From positions 1 through 64,000 of the forward strand of contig MCFE01000359.1 in assembly GCA_002104905.1 (NCBI GenBank): a stretch of DNA of 64,000 bases, read 5' to 3'. A model generated the notes under the pieces. It ran no database searches. It saw only the letters and a program-made list of their open reading frames with translations, and was not told where the DNA came from. The DNA is from Basidiobolus meristosporus CBS 931.73 (Eukaryota; Fungi; Basidiobolomycota). The translations under genes were made by a program, and so were the position numbers. Below, in pieces: positions 11,513 to 22,846 of this stretch; position 1 is the first letter of the stretch; each line of letters opens with the position of its first letter.

Positions 11513-14500
11513 AGATAGACTATTCATATCTGCACTAAATATGACCACAAACAAGGAATCTCAGACATGGTTTATTGACTCTGGAGCATCTCAACACTTT
11601 ACACACCAAAAAGAACTTTTTACCCAATTGCAAGAAGTTCCAATTAAGAAGGTTTTCATAGGTGACAATAGAACACTTGATGCAGTGGGAGAAGGAACTA
11701 TTTCAAGTAAACCTAAGAAGCAGTGAAGGAAGCCATACACTGACCTTCAAAGAAGTACTCTATGTGCCAGAAATAGCCAAGAATCTACTATCTGTAAGCA
11801 AGGCCACAGCAAAAGGACTCAGTTTTAGCTTTAACAATTCTGGATGCAAGATCACTGATCAAAACGGTGTTCATATTGCTTTGGGTATCAGAGATCAGAA
11901 TCTATACAAGTTGACTTATTTCCCATCATATCTAGAAGCCAATATAGGTAACCTAAATGAAGAAACACTAATACTTTGGCACAGGAGATGTGGGTACATC
12001 AATTTTGACTATTTGCACAAAATGATCAAAGGTCAGCTAATATTTGGAGTAAAAACTGATCCCCTAGCTAATTTGGAGCACTGAGAAGCCTGAATATACA
12101 GGTAGCAAGCTAGACAACTGTTCAAGAGTTCTGGGTTGATCAAAACTGAGAAAAAATTAGACCTAATTCACTCAGATCTGGGTGGACCTATGCAAAATTT
12201 ATCCTTAGGTGGGATAAAGTATTTCATCACTTTTGTTATTGATTATACAAGATACACATGGGTCTACTTCATGGAGAGAAAGGAAGAAGCTCTGTGTAAG
12301 CTCAGGGAGCTCAAAGCAATGGTGGAGAGAGAAACTGGTGAAAAATCAAGAAAATATGCTCTGACAATGGTGAAGAATATACCTCAAAACTCTTCATCCA
12401 CTTCTGCAAAATTCATGGGATAAAGCAAGAGACTACTGTACCATACTCCCCACAACAAGATGGAGTAGCAGAGCATGCTGTTGTAAGAGTCTTGGAGATA
12501 TTGGAAGTGATTGGGTGAACAAGTAGATTATGTGGTTATGACTTAATGATTTGTTGAATGTAAAGTGGTATTTATACTTTTACCTGGTCTTGGCATTACA
12601 AACATGCAGATTAGGCTGAGGAAGCTCCCAAGAACATGTGTGCAAAGTTTGGGGCTGTTTGGACAACTTTGAGAATTTCATGCTCTGGGTACCTGATATT
12701 TTGGTGAAAATATTACAAGTAAATCCCAACAAGGAATTTGGTCAGTATTCTCTAGGATTTGAAGGTAATGATCTAAGTGATTAAGTTAGGTGAATATTTA
12801 GATGGAATTACAAATCTTTACTACACTCCCACTCAGCTAAATGTTCATACTGGCTAGTCCTAATTTTGACCTAAGATATTCAAACTTTTCTCTAGCTAAT
12901 GGTTTGGTAGATATGTCTGCAATCATTTCATCTCTAGGACAGTTAGCTAAGCTAACTAAGCTACTCTCTATAGCTTCATATATGAAATGATATCTAATAT
13001 CTATGTGCTTGGTTCTAGCATGAAAAGTTGGATTTCTACCTAATTGTACATATCCTTGATTATCTTGAAATAAAATAATAGGAGTTTTTTGACATAGGCC
13101 TAAATCTGTAAGAAGCTTTCTTAACCACATTGCTTCTCTTGTAGCTTTACAGGCTGCCATATACTCTGCCTCTGTGGTAGAAAGTGCTACGGTTGGTTGC
13201 TTTCTTGAGCTCCATGAAATTGCTCCTTCACAGTAAAGAAAGGTGTATCCTGTGGTGGATCTTCTGACTTACAAATTTTGTCCCCAATATGCATCAGAGT
13301 ATCCCACAAGATCCTGTTCTGAGTCCTTATAAGTGTATCTTAAGCAGATATTAGCAGTTTCTTTTAGGTATCTAAAAATCTGCTTACTGCTGCAATATGA
13401 TCAGATCCAAAGTTCTGATTATGTTGGCTGACAACTCCCGGTGAATATGAGATGTCTGAACGTGTTAGAAGCATGATATACATAAGTCTGCCACTATAGA
13501 TTGATAACAAAAGTCAGAGCTTTCAGATGGCAGCAAGCACTCTTGATTTTGTTAAGTTTTGCCCAAGCTAAGGTTTGTCTCCATTGGAGTAGCTGCCTGT
13601 TTACAGTCTTCCATTCAATACTTCTTTAGTATATTTTGAATATACTTGGATTGGCTTAGGGTAATAGTCTGGGTACTTCTGTCTATGGAGAACCTAATCC
13701 CTAAGTAGTAACTAAGCTTCCTAGATTGGACATCTTGAACTCCTTAGATAGGCTGGATTTAGTCTCTTCCAATGTTTCTAGATTATTGGCAGCTATAATA
13801 AGATCATCCACATATAGAGCTAATAGAGCTGGATTTGCTCTATCTGGCTTATAGTATATACTATTGTCAGCATTACTCCTTTTGAAACTCAAAGATTCCA
13901 AATAAGAGTCTATCTTGCAATTCCAGGCTCTTGGTGATTGTTTGAGACCATATAGTGACTTTTTAAGCTTGCAGACCAAATGGGGGTTATCTTGGTCAGC
14001 AAACCCATCAGGCTGGTTCATGTACACCTCCTGATCCAGTTCCCAATTCAAGAATGCAGTTTTTACATCCATTTGATGAATAAAATACTTATATTTGGCT
14101 GCAATAGCAAATACTAGTCTGATGGAATTAAACTTGGCTACCAGTGCAAAGGTCTCAGTATAATCAAGTCCTTTTGTTTGAGGGTATCCTTTGGCTACAA
14201 GTCTTGCTTTGTATCTTTCAATTGTACCATCAGCCTTGTATTTTGTCTTGAAGACCCATCTGCATCCAATTGATTTTTGTTTGATTGGTAATTTGACTAA
14301 GTCCCAAGTCAGATTTTCCTTCAGGGCCTGATACTCTGCAGTCATTGCAGATCTCCAAAACTTTGTCTGAAAGCTATTTAGGGACTCTTTTACAGTCTGG
14401 GGCTCATCATTATGAGCTGAATAGGCAATGGCTAAGTTTGTGACCTCATTGATATAGTAGTTTAGGTTATTTCTTGTTGAATTGGATCATCAGGCATTTG

Positions 14501-15886
14501 ATCCTGTAATGTTCACTTCTGGGATATTTCTGAGCACTGATTCAGGATGATCCATGGCTGAAGAGTCCTGTGGAGTGAAAAGATTTTCATTGTTTTGCTA
14601 TGATTCAATCCTGACAATTGGTGGAATTAAGATCAGATTTTTGTCATCATCTGATGACATTTCTTGTGAAAATTTTGAATTTTCATCAAGCAATACATCC
14701 CTGGACTTGATTAGCTTCTTTGCTTTGGTATTGTAGAGTCTGTATGCTTGACTCTCATTGCTGTAGCCCAGAAATATGCATTTTACACTTTTTGGCTCAA
14801 ATTTTGACTGATTTCTGGGCAGTTTCTTAGCATATGCTGTACACCCAAGTATTCTTAGATGTTCTGCATTTGGTTTGTATCCATACCATGCTTCAAATGG
14901 TGTAGAACCACTAAGTATTCTGTTATAACTCCTATTTTTAGGATATACAGCAGTGGCAACTGATTCCGCCCTAAAATTATAGGATAATTTTTGATCATGG
15001 ATCATAGATCTTACCATATCAATTATTGATCTGTTAGCATGTTCTACTACTTCATTTTGCTGGGGGAGTAAGGTACAGTAGTCTCTTGCATTATCCCACA
15101 AATGTTGCAGAAGTGGATGAAGAGTTTTGAGGTATATTCTCCACCATTGTCAGAGCATATTTTCTTGATTTTTCACCAGTTTCTCTCTCCACCATGGCTT
15201 TGAGCTCCCTGAGCTTACACAGAGCTTCTTCCTTTCTCTCCATGAAGTAGACCCATGTGTATCTTGTATAATCATCAATAAAAGTGATGAAATACTTTAT
15301 CCCACCTAAGGATAAATTTTGCATAGGTCCACACAGATATGAGTGAATTAGATCTAATTTTTTCTTAGTTTTGATTGATCCAGAGCTCTTGAACAGTTGT
15401 CTGGCTTGTTTCCCATATAAGCAGGCTTCACAGTGCTCCAAATTAGCTGGGGGATCATTTTTTACTCTAGAAATTAGCTGATCTTTGATCATATTGCGCA
15501 AATAACCAAAATTGATGTGCCCAAATCTCCTGTGCCAATGCATTGGTGTTTCTTCATTTGAGCTACTTATATTGGCTTCCAAATATGATGGAATATGAGT
15601 CAATCTGTATAGATTCTGATCTCTGATACCCAAAGCAATATGGGCACCATTTTGATCAGTGATCTTGCATCCAGAATTGTCAAAGCTGAAACTGAGTCCT
15701 TTTGCTGTGGCCTTGCTTACAGATAGTAGGTTCTTGGCTATTTCTGGTTCATAGAGTACTTCTTTGAGGTCAGTGTATGGCTTCCTTCACTGCTTCTTAA
15801 GTTTACTTTGATAGTTCCTTCTCCCACTGTGTCAAGTGTACTATTATCACCCATGAAAACCTTCTTAATTGGAATTTCTTGATATT

Positions 15887-16620
15887 AGACTTGTTCTGTT
15901 GGATAGTGCCACATTGAGCCATGAGTGCCAAATGATGCCATAGTGTGCCAGAGAGGCCAAGTGAGCCACTACCTGGCCACACAGTGTGAAACATAGCTCT
16001 GCATCTTCATGCAAAGTAGCCCCTGTGTTTCACCCATTGCACAGGAGAAAATCCATTTTTTGACCTTTTTTTTTGGATCAATGTTGTGCAGGATGTCTTA
16101 GAGCACAAGCAGATTGAAGATATGCATCTGGTACTCAAGACCCATGGCACTCTGAATCTAGCTCCTGTAGCTTGTATCATGTCACAAAAATGAATGGCAC
16201 TATCTTGGTCCACTGGTACTATCTGGCACTATAAGTGCTTTGTATAGATCTTACTTTAGGGCTAATATTTAAATATAGTGCCAGATAGTACCAGTGGACC
16301 AAGATAGTGCCATTCATTTTTGTGACATGATACAAGCTACAGGAGCTAGATTCAGAGTGCCATGGGTATTGAGTACCAGATGCATATTTTCAGTTCTCCT
16401 GTGCTCTAACACATTCTGAGCTACATTGATCCACAAAAAAAGGTCAAAAAATGGATTTTCTCCTGTGCAATGGGTGAAACACAGGGGCTGCTTTACATGA
16501 AGATGCAGAGCTATGTTTCACACTGTGTGGCCAGGTAGTGGCTCACTTGGCCTCTCTGGCACACTATGGCATCATTTGGCACTCATGGCTCAATGTGGCA
16601 CTATCCAACGGAACAAGTCT
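15887..16620. mobile_element. 734-bp foldback (hairpin) element, copy 2
   Basis: Arms 15887-16233 and 16274-16620 (~95% identical by eye) around a 40-bp spacer, with the same TIR as copy 1 and a perfect TSD ATT/ATT. Confidence 0.95.
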
Positions 16621-17528
16621 ATTGGGTAAAAAGTTCTTTTTGGTGTGTAAGGTGTTGAGATGCTCCAGATCAATAAACCATGTCTGAGAGTCCTTGTTTG
16701 TGGTCATATTTAGTGCAGATATGAATAGTCTATCTTCAGTTGTTGTAGCATTTCCATATTCAGGCTTCTTTTGCTGATCATCTCTCTGTTTGAGACACTG
16801 GTCTGATGTGTGTCCTTTCCTTTTGCAGTAGTTGCAAAACAGGTTTCTGTTGCCTCTGTAGGGTTTTGGGTACCTCCTTAATTGGTAATTGCTGCTCATT
16901 AAAGCATTTTCTTCTTCCTTTTCATTTGCGCTTGATTTTCTTAATTCTTCATTCAGGAGCCTTCCATATACATAATTTAAAGTCAAATCTTCAGTTCTGG
17001 ACTCTAAGGCTGATACAAGGCCCTGAAACCTGTCTGTCAGGCTATTCAGGATGGTAACTATCACATCTTCATCAGTAGTTGGTATGCCCACAGATTCCAT
17101 CTCATCTACCAGCAGGGTAATTCTGTTAATAGATTTTTCAATTCTTCTCCTGGCAGCATCTTTGTGGTAAAGAATTTTCTTCTCAGATACATTTTCTTAG
17201 CAGCTGAACATGACTGGTAGGTGTTTTCTAATGCCTTCCAGGCCTTCTTTGCCATATTTGCTTTTGAGCATTGTATTAGCAATTTGTCTTTAATATTAAG
17301 GCAAATGAAGTTAAAGGCACTTTGTTCTCTCTTATGGTACTTCAAGGCCTCCTCTCTCATGTTCTTAGGAGGGCATCCTTCTCCCATGACAATATCCCAA
17401 AGGCCTCTTTCTTGTAGCAGCATCTTCATCTTCACCTTCCACACTTGGTAGTTAGATCCATCCAACTTTTCAGCAGAGGGAAAAGCTCCAGTAATAGCCA
17501 TAGTAGATATTGCAGAGAGTGACAGCTT

Positions 17529-17541
17529 GGGGCTCATAGCC
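17529..17541 (-). promoter_or_regulatory. Copia PBS GGCTATGAGCCCC (internal/half tRNA-iMet type); further copies at 20690-20702 and 21382-21394
   Basis: Directly abuts the LTR. Nearly identical to GGTTATGAGCCC, the complement of the tRNA-iMet anticodon arm used by Ty5/copia-type elements. Confidence 0.8.
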
Positions 17542-20454
17542 TGTTATAAGAGTCTTGGAGATATTGGAAGTGATTGGGAGAACAAGTAGATTGTGTGGTT
17601 ATCACTTAATGATTTGTTGAATATAAAAGTGGTATTTATGCTTTTACCTGGTCTTGGCATACAAACACATAAAACAGGTTAAGGAAGGTCCCAAAGACAG
17701 GTGTGCAAAGTTTGGGGCTGTTTGGACAACTTTGAGAATTTTCATGATCTGGGTACCTGGTATTTTGATGAAAATATTGCAAGTAAATCCCAACAAGTAA
17801 TTTGGTCAGTATTCTCTAGGATATGAAGATAATGATCTAAGTGACTAAGTTAGGTGAATATTTAGGTGGAACTACAAACTTTTACAACACATGAAAACAT
17901 ATCAATAATTGATATGGAAAGATCTATGATCCATGATCAAAGATTATCCTATGATTTTTGGGTGGAATCAGTTGCCACAGCTGTATACCTTAAAAATAAG
18001 AGTTATAACGGAATACTTTGTAATTCTACTCCATTTGAAGCATGGTATGGATACAGACCCAGTGCAGAACATATAGGAATATTTGGGTGTACTGCATGTG
18101 CCAAGAAACTGCCTAGAGATCAGTCAAAATATGAGCCAAAAACTGTAAAATGCATATTTTTTGGCTACTGCAATGAGAGTCAAGCATACAGACTCTACAA
18201 TACCAAAGCAAAGAAGCTAACCAGGTCCAGGGATGTGCTGTTTGATGAAAATTCAAAATTTTCACAAAAAATGTCATCAGATGATGACAAAAATCTGATA
18301 TCAAGTCCACCAATTGTCAGGATTGAATCAGAGCAAAGCAATGAAGATTTTTTCACTCCAGAGGACTCTCCAACCATGGTTCATCCTGAATCAGTGCCTA
18401 TAAATATCACAGAAGTGAGCATTACAGTATCAAATGCCTGGAGATCTAATTAGACAAGAAATAGCCTAAATTTCTATATCAATGAGGGTACAAACCTAGC
18501 CTATGCCTATTCAGTCCATATTGATGAGCCCCAGACTGTAAAGAGGTTCTAAATAGCCCTCAGACAAAGTTTTGGAGATCTGCTATGACTCAGGAATATC
18601 AGACCCTGATGGAAAATCTAACCAGGGACTTGGTCAAATTACTAATCAACCAAAAATCAATTGGATGCAGATGGGTCTTCAAGACAAAATACAAGGCTGA
18701 TGGTACAATTGAAAGATACAAAGCAAGACTTGTGGCCAAAGGATACTCTCAAACAAAAGGACCTGACTATACTGAGACCTTTGCACTGGTAGCCAAGTTT
18801 AATTCCATCATATTAATATTGGCAATAGCAGTCAAATATAAGTTTTTTAATCATCAAATGTATGTAAAGCTGCATTTTTGAATGGAGAACTTGATGAGGA
18901 CATGTATATGAACCAGCTTGATGGGTTAGTTGACCAAGATAACCCCCATTTGGTCTGCAAGCTTAAAAAGTTACTATATGGTCTCAAACAATCACCAAGA
19001 GCCTGGAATTGCAAGATAGATTCTTATATGGAATCTTTGAGTTTCAAAAGAAGTAATGCTGACTATAGTATATACTATAAGCCAGATAGAGCAAATCCAG
19101 TTATATTGGCTCTATATGTGGATGATCCTACTATAGCTGCCAACAACCTAGAAACATTGGAAGAGACTAAATCCAGCCTATCTAAGGAGTTCAAGATGTC
19201 TAATCTAGGAGAACTTAGTTACTACTTAGGGATTAAGTTCTCCATGGACAGAAGTACCCAGACTATTACCCTAAGCCAATCCAAGTATATTCAAGATATA
19301 CTAAAAAAGTACAAAATGGAAGACTGTAAACTGGCAGCTACCCCATTGGAGACAAACCTTAGCTTGGTCAAAACTCAACCAAACCAAGAGAGCTTGGTGA
19401 CATCTAAAAGCCCTGACTTTCCTTGTCAATCTATGGTTAGCAGTCTGACATATATCAGGCTTGCAACAAGTCCAGATATCTCATATTCAGTGGGAGTTGT
19501 CAGCCAACATAATCAGAACTTTGGATCTGATCATATTGCAGCAGTTAAGTGAATTTTTAGATACCTAAAAGGAACTACTGATATCTGCTTAAGATACACT
19601 TATAAGGATTCAGAGCAGGATCTTGTGGCATACTCTGATGCTGATTGGGGACAAAATATGGAAGTCAGAAGATCCACCGCAGGTTACACCTTTCTTTACT
19701 GTAAAGGAGCAATTTCATGGAATTCAAGAAAGCAACCAACCATAGCACTTTCTACCACAGAGGCAGAGTATATGGCAGCCAGTAAAGCTACAATAGAAGC
19801 AATGTGGTTAAGAAAGCTATTTACAGATTTAGGCCTATGCCAAAAAATGACTATTACTTTATTTCAAGATACTCAAGGATGTATACAATTAGGTAGAAAT
19901 CCAACTTTTCATGCTAGAACCAAGCACATAGATATTAGACATCATTTCATACGTGAAGCTATAGAGAATAACTTAGCTGGCTTAGCTTACTGTCCTACAG
20001 ATGAAAAGATTGCAGACATATTTACCAAACCATTAGCTAGAGAAGAGTTTGAATATCTTAGGTCAGAATTAGGACTAGTCAGTATGAACATTTAGCTGAG
20101 TGGCAATGTTGTAAAAATTTGTATTTCCGCATAAATATTCACCTAACTTAATCACTTAGATCATTACCTTAAAATCCTAGAGAATTCTGACCAAATTCCT
20201 TGTTGGAATTTACTTAGAATAATTTCACCAAAATATCAGGTACCCAGACATGAAAATTCTCAAAGTTGTCCAAACAGCCCCATACTTTGCACACATGCTC
20301 TTGGGACCTTTCATAACCTAATCTATGTGTTTGTAAGGCCAAGACCAGGTAAAAGTATAAATACCACTTTTATATTTAATAAACCATTAAGTGATAACCT
20401 CATAATCTACTTGTTCTCCCAATCACTTCCAATATCTCCAAGACTCTTACAACA

Positions 20455-21377
20455 ATCAAGGCAAATGCAGTTGAAGGCACTTTGTTCTTTCTTCTAGCAC
20501 TTTAAGGCTTCCTCTCCCACATTTTTAGGAGGGCATTCTTCTCCCATGACAAATACCCCAAAGGCCTCTTTCTTGTAGCAGCATCTTCATCTTCACCTTC
20601 CACACTTGGTTGTTAGATCCATTCAACTTTTCAGCAGAGGGAAGAATTCCAGCAATAGCAGTAGCAGATACTGCAGAGAGTGATATATTGAGGCTCATAG
20701 CCTGTTGTAAGAGTTATGAAGATATTGGAAGTGACAAGGAGAACAAGTAGATAATGTGCTTTCATGTACTGGCATATTTGTTGTAACAGTCTTGGAGATA
20801 TTGGAAGTGATTGGGAGGACAAGTAGATTATGTGGTTTTCACTTAATGATTTATTGAATGTAAAAGTAGTTTTTATACTCTACATGATCTTGGCATATCA
20901 AACACATAGAATAGACTAAGGAGGGTCCCAAGAACATGTGTGCAAAGTTTGGGGCTGTTTGGATAACTTTGAGAATTTTCATGTTCTGGGTACCTGGTAT
21001 TTTGGTGAAAATATTCCAAGTAAATCCCAACAAGGAATTTGGTCAGTATTCTTTAGGATCTGAAGGTAATGATCTAAGTGACTAAGTTAGGTGAATATTT
21101 AGGTGGAAATACAAATTTTTACCACAATTATTACATAATATTGGCAAAACAGCTTGAATAATATGTTCAGGAAGGTCCCAAGGACATGTGGACAAAGTTT
21201 GGGGCTGCTTGAGCAACTTATTAAAACTTAATGTTCTGGGTACCTGATGTTTGACAAGCCTATTCTAAGTAAATCCCAATTAGGAATTTGTTCAGCATCC
21301 TCCAGGATTTGTAGGTAATGATCTAGGTAACTAAATTAGGTGGGCATTTAAGTGGAATTGCAAGCTTTTGCAATACA
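20455..21377 (-). mobile_element. Copia fragment D: diverged 5' LTR (20703-21377) with a nested LTR (20779-21126), PBS and gag start
   Basis: The gag N-terminus at 20455-20690 is homologous to 17290-17530. The PBS is at 20690-20702. The outer LTR is a more diverged subfamily; the inner LTR matches the main family. Confidence 0.75.
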
Positions 21378-21394
21378 GCTTGGGGCTCATAGCC

Positions 21395-21742
21395 TGTTCT
21401 AAGAGTCTTGGAACTATTGGCAGTGATTGGGAGAACAAGTAGATTATGTGGTTTTCACTTAAGGATTTGTTGAATGTAAAAGTAGTATTTATACTTTGAT
21501 GTGGTCTTGGCATAACAAGCATATAGAACAGGTTTAAGAAGGTCCCAAGAGCATATGTGCTAAGCTTGGGGCTGTTTGGACAACATATCAAAACTCTATG
21601 TTCTGGGTATCTGATGTTTTGGCAATAGAAGTCCAGGTAAATCCCAACAAGGGATTTGGTCAGAATTCTCTAAGATTTATAGGTTATGATCTAAGTGACC
21701 AAGTAAGGTGAATACTTAGGTGCAATTTCAAAATTTGCAGCA
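21395..21742 (-). mobile_element. Copia LTR with PBS, in tandem with fragment D
   Basis: TGTTCTAAGAGTCTTGG...GCAGCA is homologous to the other LTRs. PBS at 21382-21394. Confidence 0.8.
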
Positions 21743-22846
21743 AAGCAGACATATTTACCAGGAGGAGACTAGGCAAAATAGTATTCATCACAGATTTGGT
21801 CACTGGCTGCTTGCTACTTCAAATTCTCAGTTGCAATTTCTGGTGGAAGGAAAAACACCAGCTGGATACCAGCAAAATACCATTAGAATACCAGCTGAAT
21901 ATTTGGCTGAAAATCAGATGAATTCCAACTTCAAGATTTCTCATAGGGTACAGTTAAGAGGAATAACAGCTAAATACCACAGGAAATTCAAGCTTGATAT
22001 TGTTCAAGGGGTATTTGTGGTAGTTTTGACCTCCCCTAAGCCTGATACTTTGCTTAGGGATTGTAGGCTTTATCCAAGTGGGAGTTACCCCATGGGGTTC
22101 TGATGTTATCCATTGAAAAGTTGCACCAACCTACAAGCAAGTAAAAGCTACCTTGTCATCTTTCAGTTTTCAGGCTAACTGGTGCATGAGCCCCAGGCAG
22201 GCAATACACAACACCACCAGTTCTCCAAATCACTTTCAACACTCCCCAAAATCCTCCATGCGTACTATGGGATATGTTGTGTGGTAGAGATGATTTGTCA
22301 CACAAGGGATCAGAGATTTTGCTCCACTGTTAGCCCCAAAATCAAATTAGACTCTCAAGCCAATGTGATGAGTAAATCATCTCTTGAGGGATTTGTCCAA
22401 TGGAGAGGGTATGTCAACCCGCCACATTGTTCCAAGTTAAACATGAAACCTGAATCGACAGAGTTGGGTGGTGAACCAATCGATTGCCACAAGTTTTATT
22501 GGAGGGTAACCTGCATACAGCCTTGCCACCCAGCCTTGCTACCCCCACGATCAAGCCCATCCAACTGCCTCAGCAAACCGCGTCCATCAACACCCGGCCG
22601 ACCATGACAAGCAGCTCAGGTGAAATCATGAATCACATCGTTCGGGATGAAGTGAATCGGTTGACTGGACGGTTCACACGCACAATCGATACGAATGGGT
22701 AGTTAATCTATGCAAGGTGGCTGATTTGGGGTGCATAGTCGGATTAAGCTATGACGCTCTCGTGACCTAATAATCGGCCCATGAGGTGGGTGGAGTCCGC
22801 AACGTATCTTGGTGAGCGGGAACCCTTATGAACCAGAACGGGGAAC

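Larger units (their letters stand above)
12479..17889 (-). mobile_element. Full-length degenerate Ty1/Copia element B nested in element C
   Basis: LTRs 12479-12825 and 17542-17889 (~10% divergent by eye). TSD CATGC/CATGA. PBS 17529-17541. PPT GAGTGGGAG next to the 3' LTR. Gag ORFs 16564-17537, integrase 14598-15633, RT 13701-14345, RNase H 12837-13160. Confidence 0.95.
11513..20454 (+). mobile_element. Copia element C (protease, integrase, RT, RNase H, 3' LTR), split by nested element B
   Basis: WFIDSGAS at ~11568 and integrase to 12478, resuming in register at 17890. RT (RYKARLVAKGY, YVDD) at 18585-19552, RNase H ORF 19625-20095, PPT-like GAGTGGCAA, 3' LTR 20107-20454. Confidence 0.9.

Noticed and set aside
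1-22400. Classical RIP as the cause of TE decay
   Set aside because: CpA and TpG are abundant and CpG is what is missing; the visible changes are CG>TG/CA.
21743-22600. ORFs 21720-22103 and 22182-22607
   Set aside because: No recognisable motif; mostly CpG-depleted, so probably an unclassified TE remnant.
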